Positions 9,103 through 19,356 of a DNA stretch of 47,988 nt are shown here, piece after piece (the stretch's first letter is position 1; the number at the start of each line of letters is the position of its first letter). This DNA comes from a virus. Its lineage: Duplodnaviria > Heunggongvirae > Uroviricota > Caudoviricetes. Both the position numbers and the translations under genes were made by a program. A model generated the notes under the pieces. It did not search any database. It had not been told where the DNA came from and saw only the letters and a list, made by a program, of their open reading frames with translations. The DNA lies in the IMG/VR virus record IMGVR_UViG_2579778786_000004, positions 1-47,988 of that record, one strand, 5' to 3'.

Positions 9103-9777
9103 TTAAACGTAACCGGAAGCGATATCAAATATTCTGGCAAACTCAGGCGTGACTTCGTAAACCCCCTCATCGTTAAAACCGAAATAGATATAGCCGAATT
9201 TGACCAGGGTGTATGAGGGGGCGAGGGCATTAATCCGGCATTCAAGCTGACGATTACCCCAGGAACGTAATGGATCGCCACAATAACTCAGACCTGCACG
9301 GGCATAAGTTATCGTTGTGTCTTCCGCCTCTACCAGCCAGACAAATGGCCAGTCATCCCCATTTAGCCCGTCACCACATACCGATAAGCCAGCACGCGCC
9401 TGCCGGTATTCCTTAATCGAAATCGTATAACCCATTGCTGCGGCAATACTGATGAAATAGCTCTTTGACTGCCCGCCGGTGCTGATGAGTTTCGATACAA
9501 TGGCAGACTGACGCTTCGCAATCGTATCCACTTCGCCAATTGAGCAATCATCAGGTAAGCCGAGTGTTTTTTCCCACTCGGTGAGCATAATCGTCGCAGT
9601 TTTTGGAAAGGCACCGCGCAGCAATGCGAGTGCGTCGTTATCACTACGCTGGAAACTGGCCGCAATGGCCCGCAGTACAGCAGCCTGAACAGCTTTTGGA
9701 TCCCGTGTCCACGCTCGGCCGGTGGGGATAAGCGCCTGCAGTGCCTTCTGATAATCGTCTGTTGAGAAAAGGCTCAT
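9103..9777 (-). CDS. Mu gp48-like tail/baseplate protein (DUF2313 / YmfQ-like)
   Basis: 224 aa; position between baseplate J-like gene and tail fibre, as in Mu-like tail modules. Confidence 0.65.
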   Translation of the reverse strand: MSLFSTDDYQKALQALIPTGRAWTRDPKAVQAAVLRAIAASFQRSDNDALALLRGAFPKTATIMLTEWEKTLGLPDDCSIGEVDTIAKRQSAIVSKLISTGGQSKSYFISIAAAMGYTISIKEYRQARAGLSVCGDGLNGDDWPFVWLVEAEDTTITYARAGLSYCGDPLRSWGNRQLECRINALAPSYTLVKFGYIYFGFNDEGVYEVTPEFARIFDIASGYV

Positions 9778-10922
9778 GTGTAGTTCACCTCACCACGAAC
9801 AGCCAGCTCCCCAACTCCCGGCTCAATATTCGCAGAAGGCGACACAAGGATATAACCTGAAGTACCGGCAACATCCCCTATCGCACGGTTGAGATCTGAA
9901 AGGTAAATTTTCCCTGTGCCGAGCGGGTTAGCGGATTCAAACAATACCCCGTCAATCGCATCCGCAATGGCCGCAGTCGTTGCGCTGTCGGCATCAGATA
10001 TCCCGCTTATTTCAAAATCGATAACGCGTTCGATGGGAGAGCAGACATAGTTAAGGGAGGTAACCGGCGCAAGCGGATACATATAATCGGCAACTCTCCC
10101 CTGATCCCCGGTGGCTTTTACAGCCCCCCACTCTTCCAGTTGAGAGACACCGTCAGTTCCTACAGGGAATCCATGATTGGTTTTATCATCGCCGTCGCAC
10201 ATGATGTAAATCACCACGGTACCCGGCCCCATCCCCCGGCGCCGTATCCATGCCCTGGTGATCCCCGACACGGATAAAGCCCAGCTTTTATAATCAGTGT
10301 CACTCCCTCCCTGCGGGGGATTCTGATACGCCAGCAGACCACGTAATCGGAAATCCTCTTCACTTTCAATGTTAGCGCCGCCGGTGGCAGGCTCAATCAG
10401 CGTGACCGAGCTGTCTATGCCGGGGGCATTAGCATCCAGTGTAAGAATGGTGCCAGCATCGGCATTTCCGGAAGCGCCTCCTCCTGTCACATCGTCTGTG
10501 ATATCCGGCAAAACCGCTGTTACGGCGACCGTCGCACTGCCAGTGGTATTTATCGTTATGGCGTCATCGGTTATGTACTGGTAACCATCATCACGGTTTA
10601 ACACAGCCCCTTTTGACAGTGTTTTTCCCGGTGTTCCGGTAACTTTCGCCGCCGGAGAGCGTGCTGCCGTTGCGGCTTTTCGGTAAATCTGCTTTAGCGC
10701 CATCCATCCGGCAAGCCACTCATCGGTAGAGGTGAAAGGCGTGCTCTGACGGGCAATATAATCCAGGTAGGCGTAGTGCAGATGGGCCATGCCCGCATCC
10801 ATATCAGCGAGCACCTTAAGGTTGCCAAACCGTAACAACGCGCCAACACTTTCAAGCTCTGCCTGCATAAACTGGCGATTCTCCTGCCGGAGCTCGCTCA
10901 GTGTTTTCCGCTTAAATGGCAT
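9774..10922 (-). CDS. Baseplate J-like protein (Mu gp47-like)
   Basis: 382 aa; gene order and overlapping start/stop with neighbours typical of the Mu baseplate operon. Confidence 0.7.
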   Translation of the reverse strand: MPFKRKTLSELRQENRQFMQAELESVGALLRFGNLKVLADMDAGMAHLHYAYLDYIARQSTPFTSTDEWLAGWMALKQIYRKAATAARSPAAKVTGTPGKTLSKGAVLNRDDGYQYITDDAITINTTGSATVAVTAVLPDITDDVTGGGASGNADAGTILTLDANAPGIDSSVTLIEPATGGANIESEEDFRLRGLLAYQNPPQGGSDTDYKSWALSVSGITRAWIRRRGMGPGTVVIYIMCDGDDKTNHGFPVGTDGVSQLEEWGAVKATGDQGRVADYMYPLAPVTSLNYVCSPIERVIDFEISGISDADSATTAAIADAIDGVLFESANPLGTGKIYLSDLNRAIGDVAGTSGYILVSPSANIEPGVGELAVRGEVNYT

Positions 10923-11361
10923 TATTCAGTTGCTCCCATAGCCAGAAGAATTTGAACTCCTGCCAGTCCCCCGTCGGCGGCAAATACCGGATGATGAGGT
11001 TCAGCCTGTTCGGGAAAACAATCTCTGACTGAGCCTCTATCGCTGCTGCAATACCATCCGACTTCATCCAGGCCAGAGCCTCTTCGGCGTAATCTTCAGC
11101 TCTCATCGCCACTTCGCGCGTCAGTTTTTCACGCCGCAGTAGCCACAGCCTTGAGCCAATATTCCGGTCGTTGTCCAGATCCCCCCACCAGCCGCGGCGG
11201 TCAGTTCCTTCATAATCATCATCAGCGCGCGCCAGTCCGTCAGTAAACAAACTGATAATAATGGCCGTGTGCATATCATTCTCAGATGTCAGTAAGCCGT
11301 TACCGGTTTGCCAGTCAGCATGAATGGCATCCACATCCCAGAATGAGGAAATATCACTCAT
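10912..11361 (-). CDS. Phage GP46-family baseplate protein (Mu gp46-like)
   Basis: 149 aa; conserved position between V-like spike and J-like genes. Confidence 0.65.
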   Translation of the reverse strand: MSDISSFWDVDAIHADWQTGNGLLTSENDMHTAIIISLFTDGLARADDDYEGTDRRGWWGDLDNDRNIGSRLWLLRREKLTREVAMRAEDYAEEALAWMKSDGIAAAIEAQSEIVFPNRLNLIIRYLPPTGDWQEFKFFWLWEQLNNAI

Positions 11362-11939
11362 ACCTGACTCTCTGTTTTTTCGCTTGTGATCGTGCTATCG
11401 CCGGACTGAACTTCTTTAACGTCATGGTCATGATCGTTGTGAGCATCCCGCAGCGCTTTGAGCGTTGAATTGTTCGTCTCGCAGTTATCGATGATGTCAC
11501 CCGTCACCAGGAGTTTGGGGGTAACCAGCTTTACCTGTTCCGTTGCCGTCGCGGTGATGTTTCGGGCATTGTTGATCTCTACATCTTTGCCTTTCGCATC
11601 AATGAAAATTCCCGCCTCAGTCAGATGAATATTCATCCCCTGCTGGTTATAGACCACCGTTTCGCCTGGCTTAAGCCCGGTATGCCGGTAGCTTTGATGG
11701 TTAGAGGCAATGACGACGGGACTGGAGCGGTCCCCGCCGAGAAAGGCAATAACCACATCCGATCCCGCCGGCAACCCCGATGAAAAACCAAAATCAGAGA
11801 GCCGTGGGGCGCTGGCCACTTCCAGCGGTGTCTGGTACTGGATTTCCTGCACAACCCCGCTATCTTTCTGCGTGGTAATACGGCCAATGCCCAGCATGCC
11901 GGCGATGCGCGTGGCCGATTTCTTTAAATTTTGATTCAT
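11358..11939 (-). CDS. Baseplate assembly/spike protein (Mu gp45 / gpV-like)
   Basis: 193 aa; position and size in the Mu-like baseplate operon. Confidence 0.6.
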   Translation of the reverse strand: MNQNLKKSATRIAGMLGIGRITTQKDSGVVQEIQYQTPLEVASAPRLSDFGFSSGLPAGSDVVIAFLGGDRSSPVVIASNHQSYRHTGLKPGETVVYNQQGMNIHLTEAGIFIDAKGKDVEINNARNITATATEQVKLVTPKLLVTGDIIDNCETNNSTLKALRDAHNDHDHDVKEVQSGDSTITSEKTESQV

Positions 11940-13021
11940 TGGTTTAGTCCGGGTATTTGCTGGTAGAAAGCATAAGGCTGGACAGCGAAAGCCTCCGGGG
12001 GCATCAGATAAAGGCGCGCATGGGTGCCGTCACTGTCTCTGATATAAGTCACCTCTGCGATAAGCAATTCGGTGTCAGGCAGCTGCAGACTCGGGATGTT
12101 GACCGGGATAAGCGTATTCGGCTCCCATAATTTCCCGGATTTATCGCGCCAGGAATCAATCGTCACCGTTAACTGACGGGAACGGCCGTATCGGCGGTTC
12201 ATCTCCCAGTCAATCGCTCGCTGAGCCTGTTGTGAAGCCATCAGTGTACTTTCAACAATAATGATCCGTTTTCGGTAACGCATACTGGCCGCCTCAGGAT
12301 CGCGGGCCGTCGCCAGCGTCACCGAATCATAAGCCGTATCTGGCGAGAATCCTGCAATCGGCGAAATGCTCATCGATACGCCGACGTAATCAGAAAAGCG
12401 GTCAGCCATCGAACGGCGGTAATAAGCCTGTTCGATATTTACCCCTTCTGCGATACCGCTGGCCGCGCGCTTTGTCCCCACCCTGGTCAGAAATAAGTTA
12501 CCGTCAGGCTGATCGTAATAAAGCAATGCCGACCAGCGGGAGACACGATCAAGTATTTCCTGTGGCGATTCCCCCCAGTTCAGGGAAAATTGCGGAACTT
12601 TCACCAGATCATCAACGTCTGTACTTACACCAATGTTGTAATGGGATGCGAGGCGGGAGGCAATATCAAGCGCATTACTGTTATTGATGACGTTATTTGG
12701 CCATTCAGCAGAGCAATCAACGAGATCTGCGCACTTACTGCGGCCTGAGGCTCTGACTTCATGGCGCGAACGGGAAATAGCAGGCGACCAGTCATCAACA
12801 TACCCCGTCACCACCAGGTCGTTACCAAGCTTTACCTGACAAGGCATCCCTTCCTTTACCAGCTGCTTCTGGTCACTTCCCGGAAAATAATCCATCAGTC
12901 CCAGGTCAAAATCGGAGGGAAAACGCTCAATGCCACGGGTCACCCGCACAGAGTCCCATCCTTCAATGATTTTTCCGCCCACTATCAGGGAGACAATATC
13001 CTGATCATTATCCGTACTCAT
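11936..13021 (-). CDS. Baseplate hub / tail protein (Mu gp44 / gpP-like)
   Basis: 361 aa; follows DNA-circulation-like gene as in Mu. Confidence 0.6.
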   Translation of the reverse strand: MSTDNDQDIVSLIVGGKIIEGWDSVRVTRGIERFPSDFDLGLMDYFPGSDQKQLVKEGMPCQVKLGNDLVVTGYVDDWSPAISRSRHEVRASGRSKCADLVDCSAEWPNNVINNSNALDIASRLASHYNIGVSTDVDDLVKVPQFSLNWGESPQEILDRVSRWSALLYYDQPDGNLFLTRVGTKRAASGIAEGVNIEQAYYRRSMADRFSDYVGVSMSISPIAGFSPDTAYDSVTLATARDPEAASMRYRKRIIIVESTLMASQQAQRAIDWEMNRRYGRSRQLTVTIDSWRDKSGKLWEPNTLIPVNIPSLQLPDTELLIAEVTYIRDSDGTHARLYLMPPEAFAVQPYAFYQQIPGLNQ

Positions 13022-14418
13022 TGTCTCAACACCTTCATCGTCGTCGGCATAAATGCCGGATGCGGTACGCTGGCCTCCTGTATCAGTTCATTTGCCCGCG
13101 AGGCATCCTGATACAGGCGGTTGGCCAGTACCAGGGCAGGAACCGGCACCGCAGTATTGATTTGCATCAACTCACTCAGTCCGGATGAAGTCTGAGCCAT
13201 GGTATTCAGAAAAGCGGTTCTCACGTCCATCAATGCCGTATAAAGATCATCATCGCCACGGTCGCCCGCCAGTAGTAACGCGGTATCCAGTTGCCCGGCC
13301 ACGCGTTGAGTGATTTCTTCGGCCTCATTACGACTGGTTGGGTTGTAATCTGCAGCAGCATCCGTCATGGCTCCGGTACATAGCACTACGATCAGCGTGT
13401 TCATGGTGCCAGCCAGTTGCTGGCTGCTTTCGGAACGCTGGTATCCGGTACTGGTTGAAGCCGCCAGTTTTTCAAATGCGGCAATTTTGTCACTCACGCT
13501 ACCAGCGCTGGACAGAATGCGATTAATCACATCGGCAACGCCCTGAACAAATTCCTCGACCGATACAGATTCATTCAGTGCAGCCGTTGTATCGAGCACA
13601 GCCTGGCGATCCATCACCGCCCGGGCGGTAACCTGTTCAGACAATGCCTGATGGTCTTCTGAGTCATCGGCATCACGATTGCCGTTAATACCCGAAGAGC
13701 TCCCGCCTACGGTCCCCTTGCTGTACCGCCCGTAACGATTATTCCCGAAAGTAGAATCCAGCACGTTACTGACGTTTGTTACCTCACTGATGGTGTTATC
13801 CACCATATTGGTCCAGAACGTCACGGTTCCCCTGATGGTCTGAATCCCCTGCGACACACCGCGGATCTCGCTTTTAATTCTCGCGAGGGTACTGGCAACC
13901 GTCGTACTAACCAGCTTCAGATAGTTGGTGCCAACGGTATCCCCCGCGGCGGCACTGTCGGTAACGGCAAAGACCTTTAACCCCGACTCAATGACCATCA
14001 GGGTAAATTCAAACGAACGGCCGTTGTCGGCGGAACCGGAAAACCTTAAACCATTCTCAGGTATGGAAACGGTCATCTCCCCCAGCGTGGGGTGAATGAG
14101 CGTACCACTCCCCTTAGCTTCACACGCATTGATCAATGACTGGCGCTGAGAAATAACGTCGCCACCGCCGTATACCAGACTGTTCTGGACGATAAAGCCA
14201 CGGATAATAAATCGCCGTGTCCCGCGCCCCATATCCTCAATCCAGGCGGTATCACGGTATGGATATTCATGAACCGCCTGCCGCCGGCCATGACTGCCTT
14301 CCTCATTCACCACAGCAAAAGGCACGCCCCGGAACGAGCCAGGACGTAGCTGGCTCAACCAGTCCTCACTACCACCGCCCCCCATCAGAGAAGTTATTGC
14401 ATCCTGGATAATTGCCAT
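13018..14418 (-). CDS. Mu gpN-like DNA circulation / tail protein
   Basis: 466 aa; position directly downstream of the tape measure gene. Confidence 0.6.
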   Translation of the reverse strand: MAIIQDAITSLMGGGGSEDWLSQLRPGSFRGVPFAVVNEEGSHGRRQAVHEYPYRDTAWIEDMGRGTRRFIIRGFIVQNSLVYGGGDVISQRQSLINACEAKGSGTLIHPTLGEMTVSIPENGLRFSGSADNGRSFEFTLMVIESGLKVFAVTDSAAAGDTVGTNYLKLVSTTVASTLARIKSEIRGVSQGIQTIRGTVTFWTNMVDNTISEVTNVSNVLDSTFGNNRYGRYSKGTVGGSSSGINGNRDADDSEDHQALSEQVTARAVMDRQAVLDTTAALNESVSVEEFVQGVADVINRILSSAGSVSDKIAAFEKLAASTSTGYQRSESSQQLAGTMNTLIVVLCTGAMTDAAADYNPTSRNEAEEITQRVAGQLDTALLLAGDRGDDDLYTALMDVRTAFLNTMAQTSSGLSELMQINTAVPVPALVLANRLYQDASRANELIQEASVPHPAFMPTTMKVLRQ

Positions 14419-14464
14419 CAGGCCTCCTGAATTAAAAAACCGCCAGGGTGGCGGTTTAATAGGG

Positions 14465-16318
14465 TTAGTAATTCATGGCGGTTGTTATTCTGCCGTTATC
14501 CTCGACGTTATAGGTTTTCTTCTCCCCCTTATCATTGACCAGGGTGATTTCCAGCTTCATTTTCTGATCGGCCATCGCCTCTTTGAGGGACCGGGTCAGG
14601 TTTTCACTGACAGTGTCTCTCCCATTACCGGAAGCTGTCAGGATTGAGGTACTGTCAAACTTGTCCGGTTGCGGTACGAGGATGTTCTCTCTCTGCTGGC
14701 TGAGCACTCGGCTGTCACGAAGACCAGACCAGCGCGGATCACTGATAGCCGTCTGAATTGCCGCCCGTATCTCATCTTCAGAATATGGCTGCGCCCCATT
14801 CTCATGCTGAATCATGGCCGCCATGACTGACTTCAGCACCTCCGGGTTATGCAGATCCACCCGCTGATGGGGCTGAATACCTGTCGCGGCCGATACTGAA
14901 TTGATATAGGACTGCGTATCATTTTCCGAGCGTGGCGCATAAGTGTGGATCATGCTGTTCAGCGTGTTATTCCCACGATCGCCATATAACATCAGTTGCC
15001 GGGCCATTGCCGCCAGCCCGTCGCTGCTGTTGTCATAAGTGACGAAACCACGATTCACCCCAGTCGCATTAGGCGCTATCCGGAGATTGCCGGGGTTATT
15101 ATTTCTCAGGCCCAGTGCCTGGTTAGATGGCTGGCTGTAATTCACCTCTCCGCGTGGAGCTGCTGCACCTGCTGGCAGGATGACAGACAAATCATTTCGG
15201 AGTTGTTCAGCTCTGTCACTGGCGCCATATTGCGCGTCATAGCGTTTACGGACGGCATCAGTCATAAAGCCGGCATCCACCGCTCCGCGCTCGCGCCGGG
15301 AAAGGGTGTTATACAGCGCCTTATCACCCTGAATGCGGCGTAGCTTCCCGGCATCCTTGCTACTGATAAACCCCAGCGCATGCGACAGCCCGGTGAAATC
15401 GCCATTCGTGAACAAGTCGGTCACTCCTTCAAGGCCGTCTTTCACCGAACCATCAGAAAGCAATCCCTTAAACAGAGAGTTTTTCGAACGGTTTTTCAGC
15501 CCATCCCATGCAGCGCCCAGCTCATTCATGGAGCCGTTAACCTCGGACAATTGCCGGTTAAATTCCGGATCAACCGTCAGGCCAAGTTCATCAGATTTAG
15601 CCAGCAATGCTTTCATCCGTACGCCTTCACGCATCAGCGCCAGCATTTCCGGCGTCAACCCGAGGGCATCGGAAACTGATTTCTGCTGGTCTGGTCGCAG
15701 ACTCGGGAAAACTCGTGCTATCGACTCCAGCGTTCTCAGCGTATCAACGGATCCATCGTTGTTTTTCTGGATCTGAACGCCAATCTGTGACAATGCGCCG
15801 AGTACCTGGCTGTTGGCACCGCTGGCGGCCTCCTTCAGGCTTTTAGCCATCCCCTCAATGGAGGAATTTGCACTGTCGCCATCAGCACCCAGTATCCGCA
15901 TGGCACCGGACAGGCGGGAAAAATCGTCCACTCGCATACCCGCATTTTTCGCGGCGACATCGAGGTTATAGGCTTCCCTTGAGGCCTCATGGAAACCGTA
16001 GGCAATCCGTTTCAGCCCATATCCCGCCGCTCCAACCACCCCCAGCGATACCAGCTTACCGGAGAGCTCACCGACCATCTTCAGCGGCGGTACCATGTCC
16101 CCGATGTACTGAACATTATCACGGGCATTTTTGGACAGATTTTCTAAGCGGTAAATAAAGCCATTCAGTCCATCGAGGGTCTCCTGCCCTCCTAACTGGA
16201 GTCCCTCTTTGGTTTTATCCAGCTTTGGTTCCAGATCACGGATAGCCTCATTGATACGCTCAATGGCTTCCGTCGCCTGGTCGCTGGCCACCAGCTCAAA
16301 GTCGAAAGAATTACTCAT
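14465..16318 (-). CDS. Tail tape measure protein
   Basis: 617 aa, helical low-complexity protein downstream of the frameshifted chaperone pair. Confidence 0.7.
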   Translation of the reverse strand: MSNSFDFELVASDQATEAIERINEAIRDLEPKLDKTKEGLQLGGQETLDGLNGFIYRLENLSKNARDNVQYIGDMVPPLKMVGELSGKLVSLGVVGAAGYGLKRIAYGFHEASREAYNLDVAAKNAGMRVDDFSRLSGAMRILGADGDSANSSIEGMAKSLKEAASGANSQVLGALSQIGVQIQKNNDGSVDTLRTLESIARVFPSLRPDQQKSVSDALGLTPEMLALMREGVRMKALLAKSDELGLTVDPEFNRQLSEVNGSMNELGAAWDGLKNRSKNSLFKGLLSDGSVKDGLEGVTDLFTNGDFTGLSHALGFISSKDAGKLRRIQGDKALYNTLSRRERGAVDAGFMTDAVRKRYDAQYGASDRAEQLRNDLSVILPAGAAAPRGEVNYSQPSNQALGLRNNNPGNLRIAPNATGVNRGFVTYDNSSDGLAAMARQLMLYGDRGNNTLNSMIHTYAPRSENDTQSYINSVSAATGIQPHQRVDLHNPEVLKSVMAAMIQHENGAQPYSEDEIRAAIQTAISDPRWSGLRDSRVLSQQRENILVPQPDKFDSTSILTASGNGRDTVSENLTRSLKEAMADQKMKLEITLVNDKGEKKTYNVEDNGRITTAMNY

Positions 16319-16502
16319 CGGGTTCGGGATTCCTGAGTTTATTGATACGGGAGGCCTGCGATACCCACCACTTCAGACGGGCATAGGTCATGCCCCATGC
16401 CCTGTCTTCTGTCCAGCGGAAATAAAATGTGACGTCAGCCGCCGTTTCCTGCCAGGCGGTCAGGGCTTCCAGGTCAAAAAACCGAGCAAAAACTCCTCGC
16501 AT
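16311..16502 (-). CDS. Frameshift extension of the tail assembly chaperone (GT-like, -1 frame)
   Basis: ORF in the -1 frame overlapping the 3' end of the chaperone gene; reached by slipping at the heptamer complementary to 16475-16481. Confidence 0.5.
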   Translation of the reverse strand: MRGVFARFFDLEALTAWQETAADVTFYFRWTEDRAWGMTYARLKWWVSQASRINKLRNPEPDE

Positions 16503-16738
16503 TTTCGGAAGTCGATAAAATCCATCGGCTGAAGCACACTTTCCCGCGTATCCGTGACCAGCGAGATCAGCAGGCGCATCGCCGCCAGTGAAGTGGACGA
16601 TGCCTGCTTTTCGTAGAACTGCTCTGCCTGGCTGAGCGTCGGCGCCTTCAGCTCCAGTTGCTCATAGCGTGTTTTTTGCGCCTCATCGACCAGAGGCTTG
16701 ATGAGGGGAATGACTTTGGTGCGTTCAAGTTCTGCCAT
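16460..16738 (-). CDS. Tail assembly chaperone (G-like)
   Basis: 92 aa between tail tube and tape measure genes; ends just after a UUUUUUG slippery run. Confidence 0.6.
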   Translation of the reverse strand: MAELERTKVIPLIKPLVDEAQKTRYEQLELKAPTLSQAEQFYEKQASSTSLAAMRLLISLVTDTRESVLQPMDFIDFRKCEEFLLGFLTWKP

Positions 16739-16739
16739 C

Positions 16740-17111
16740 TTAGTTCTCCGTTACGTCCCGGCCTTCCCAGCGAACATCAAACACTGCATCTTCGCTTTCC
16801 ACTTCCTGAACGTTCACCGTCCATAGCGCGCGACCGATAATAGTCTTTCCGTTCGCCAGTTCGGCGATCACGTTGACGTTCGTCTGTTTGTTAAAACCCA
16901 GTACGTTGGTACCGCCGCTGTCGCGAAGACGGGCAGAAATATACGGGGCAACCGGCTTTTCTTTGTAGCCATGCACACCGTCCATGCCTGTCAGTGTGGT
17001 ACGGTTAACAGTGGAGGTCTGATACTTGAATGAGCCCTCCACCATAACGGTCACCCCGTTTACGGTGACATAAGCGGTACCTGCCAGGCGATTAGTGGTA
17101 TCTCCAGCCAT
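16740..17111 (-). CDS. Tail tube protein (Mu gpM-like)
   Basis: 123 aa directly downstream of the sheath gene. Confidence 0.7.
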   Translation of the reverse strand: MAGDTTNRLAGTAYVTVNGVTVMVEGSFKYQTSTVNRTTLTGMDGVHGYKEKPVAPYISARLRDSGGTNVLGFNKQTNVNVIAELANGKTIIGRALWTVNVQEVESEDAVFDVRWEGRDVTEN

Positions 17112-17114
17112 GTT

Positions 17115-18626
17115 TTATGCTCCTGTTGATTCAGCCTGCAGGCGGAACTGGTTAAGCAGCGCGAAGATGCGCAACTGGTTCATAAGCGTTCCCGGCCACA
17201 ACACATCGACGCGGTTCGGATTTGTTTTGTTCTGCTCCACGATAATGTTTCTGGCGAAGGCCTCAGCGTCCTGCGCGTAGCCGTTAAAGACCAGCGTCTG
17301 GTATTCCGCGATCTGATCGGCTCTGATGATGTTTGGCGTCACTATCGCCGCCCCCGGCGCAAAACGCGTGCCATCCGCGGCCAGCTTCATGCGACCAAAT
17401 TTACTGGTCACTGCAGTGCGGAGATATCGCGTGACAAACATCAGGCTGAAGAGCGTTTCCACCTGAAGGTAACTGTCGTCTTCGTCGCCATAGCTGTTTT
17501 TCTGGTAGGTGGTAATCAGGTTTTCAATCATCACCGTCCCGTCATCACCCACGGTGTAAGTGGAGATGCCGCTGTGCAGCAGGTTGTTGCGCTCTGTCAG
17601 CTCAAAGCGATCCGCCAGGTCCGGTGCCAGCACGCCATAAACAGGCAGACTTTGTAGCGGACGTGCGGGGTCATTACGCAGGCTGGGTGCGGCGGCCCCT
17701 GTCAGTGCCGCCGACCAGATATAACGCGGTGACGGTGAGCGATACACACCAAGCAGTGACTCATGCTGGTTATTACGGTTTTCCCCTTTGGTGCCAAGCT
17801 CGGCGTAAGTGCCGTTGGTAGTGGTGAATGCGTGGCCATAAAGCTGTTTATCCCATGCCCAGCGGCCGGTTGCATCGTTCAGAAATTCTCTGATGGCATC
17901 CAGTGATGCGGTGTCATCATAAGGGTTGATGACAAAATCAAAGGTCTTATCCTGCAGGTTGCCAAGGGCATCAACAAAATCCGGCGCGCCGTTGCCGCCG
18001 GTCATGCCCGTGATGGTGAGTGTCAGGCCCGCGGGCGTCACCTCACCACCCTGAACACCGAGATAATTCAGCCTGATATCAATACCATTGCCCAGCAACC
18101 CGGCATTTTTGGCCGTCAGTGTCACGGTATCCGTTGCATCGGCTTTTACAGCAGCTGTCACCGGCAGTTCCGTTTTGCGGGTAATCGCCGCGACCAGCGC
18201 AGTGGCAATCTGAGCCGGAGTGTCAGTCGCCAGTACGGTCAGTTGTACGCGAACGCCAGCAATATAAAGAGAGATAACGCCGGTTTCTGCCGCCTGTGTG
18301 GCAACCTTGATACTGCCAGTTGCCACTGCCATCGAATCCGCATCATCAGCCAGCGGAAGGATCCAGACCTCCGCAGCAGTATCGTTTTTTTGATACGCCG
18401 TCATCATGCCATGCAGCATTGATCCTTTTCCGGTGAGCTCACCCACCGCATTGGGAGAGGAGACTTTTACCGGGATTTTTTCCTGTGCAGAGCCTGATGC
18501 CAGCATCTGACCAATCAACAGCGTTCGTTGTGTAGCCGTCGCCGTGTTGGCCATGGAGTTATCAAACTCCACATAAAAAAGCGGCACACGTAAATTGCTG
18601 GGAACTCGCGAAAATGGAACGGTCAT
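17115..18626 (-). CDS. Contractile tail sheath protein (Mu gpL-like)
   Basis: 503 aa; size and position typical of myovirus sheath. Confidence 0.8.
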   Translation of the reverse strand: MTVPFSRVPSNLRVPLFYVEFDNSMANTATATQRTLLIGQMLASGSAQEKIPVKVSSPNAVGELTGKGSMLHGMMTAYQKNDTAAEVWILPLADDADSMAVATGSIKVATQAAETGVISLYIAGVRVQLTVLATDTPAQIATALVAAITRKTELPVTAAVKADATDTVTLTAKNAGLLGNGIDIRLNYLGVQGGEVTPAGLTLTITGMTGGNGAPDFVDALGNLQDKTFDFVINPYDDTASLDAIREFLNDATGRWAWDKQLYGHAFTTTNGTYAELGTKGENRNNQHESLLGVYRSPSPRYIWSAALTGAAAPSLRNDPARPLQSLPVYGVLAPDLADRFELTERNNLLHSGISTYTVGDDGTVMIENLITTYQKNSYGDEDDSYLQVETLFSLMFVTRYLRTAVTSKFGRMKLAADGTRFAPGAAIVTPNIIRADQIAEYQTLVFNGYAQDAEAFARNIIVEQNKTNPNRVDVLWPGTLMNQLRIFALLNQFRLQAESTGA

Positions 18627-18808
18627 TTAATTACGCCCTCTTTTTTTACGGCGTTTTTAACGCCCTTTTCCGGTACCAGACTGACGTCGCCATCCTTCAG
18701 GCGGCGACGCCAGAACGTATTATCAGGTACCTCCGCGCCATCTTTGGGCAAAGGCTCCCCCCTGACAGGGCAGCGAACGCTGAGCCCGTCCTTCGGTTTT
18801 ACAAACAT
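18623..18808 (-). CDS. Small phage protein (Mu gp38 / DUF2635-like)
   Basis: 61 aa, start/stop overlap with neighbours. Confidence 0.45.
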   Translation of the reverse strand: MFVKPKDGLSVRCPVRGEPLPKDGAEVPDNTFWRRRLKDGDVSLVPEKGVKNAVKKEGVIK

Positions 18809-18810
18809 GA

Positions 18811-19356
18811 TTACTCCTGAAGGTCTATTTTTACGCCCGGCTGCGGCGTACCGTCCGGCATGTCGATGGTGATGTCGATCCCCGCCAGCGGCACCGTATC
18901 GACCGGATAAAAGTCTTCCGGTCCCTGATAGTGCTCAATATCAATTTCGATAAGCAGCTGGCCCATATGCGCTTCACCATCCGCATCAACATCAATCGTC
19001 GAGCGGACCTCCGCATATTTCTGGATGTTCCGGGTTAACTCGTAGCTGTTAATCACCGCCCTTTCTACCTGTTCGCGGAGCTCTTCCAGCGCAACCTCCG
19101 CGCGCATGGCGCCATCATCAGTAGTTTCACTGTCGTACTCCTGAACCCGGCCAGTAATGCGAACGGTGGTCAAAGAGGTAAAGGCCGGGACATTTCTCCC
19201 CTGCGCCTTTTTGTGATCAAATGTCGTCTGAACAAGCAACGCTGGGTACAGGTCCGGCGAAGTTGCCCAGTCACGCGGGGAATACACACGATCGGCGGCA
19301 GCCGTTTTATCTTTCAGCGCTGCCACGACCATGTGTCGTATTGCGGAAGCATTCAT
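18811..19356 (-). CDS. Head-tail connecting protein (Mu gp37-like)
   Basis: 181 aa, position between head and tail modules. Confidence 0.5.
   Translation of the reverse strand: MNASAIRHMVVAALKDKTAAADRVYSPRDWATSPDLYPALLVQTTFDHKKAQGRNVPAFTSLTTVRITGRVQEYDSETTDDGAMRAEVALEELREQVERAVINSYELTRNIQKYAEVRSTIDVDADGEAHMGQLLIEIDIEHYQGPEDFYPVDTVPLAGIDITIDMPDGTPQPGVKIDLQE

Noticed and set aside
15333-16158. Several + strand ORFs of 80-147 aa inside the tape measure gene
   Set aside because: Antisense to a long, well-supported minus-strand gene; no ribosome-binding sites and biased composition.
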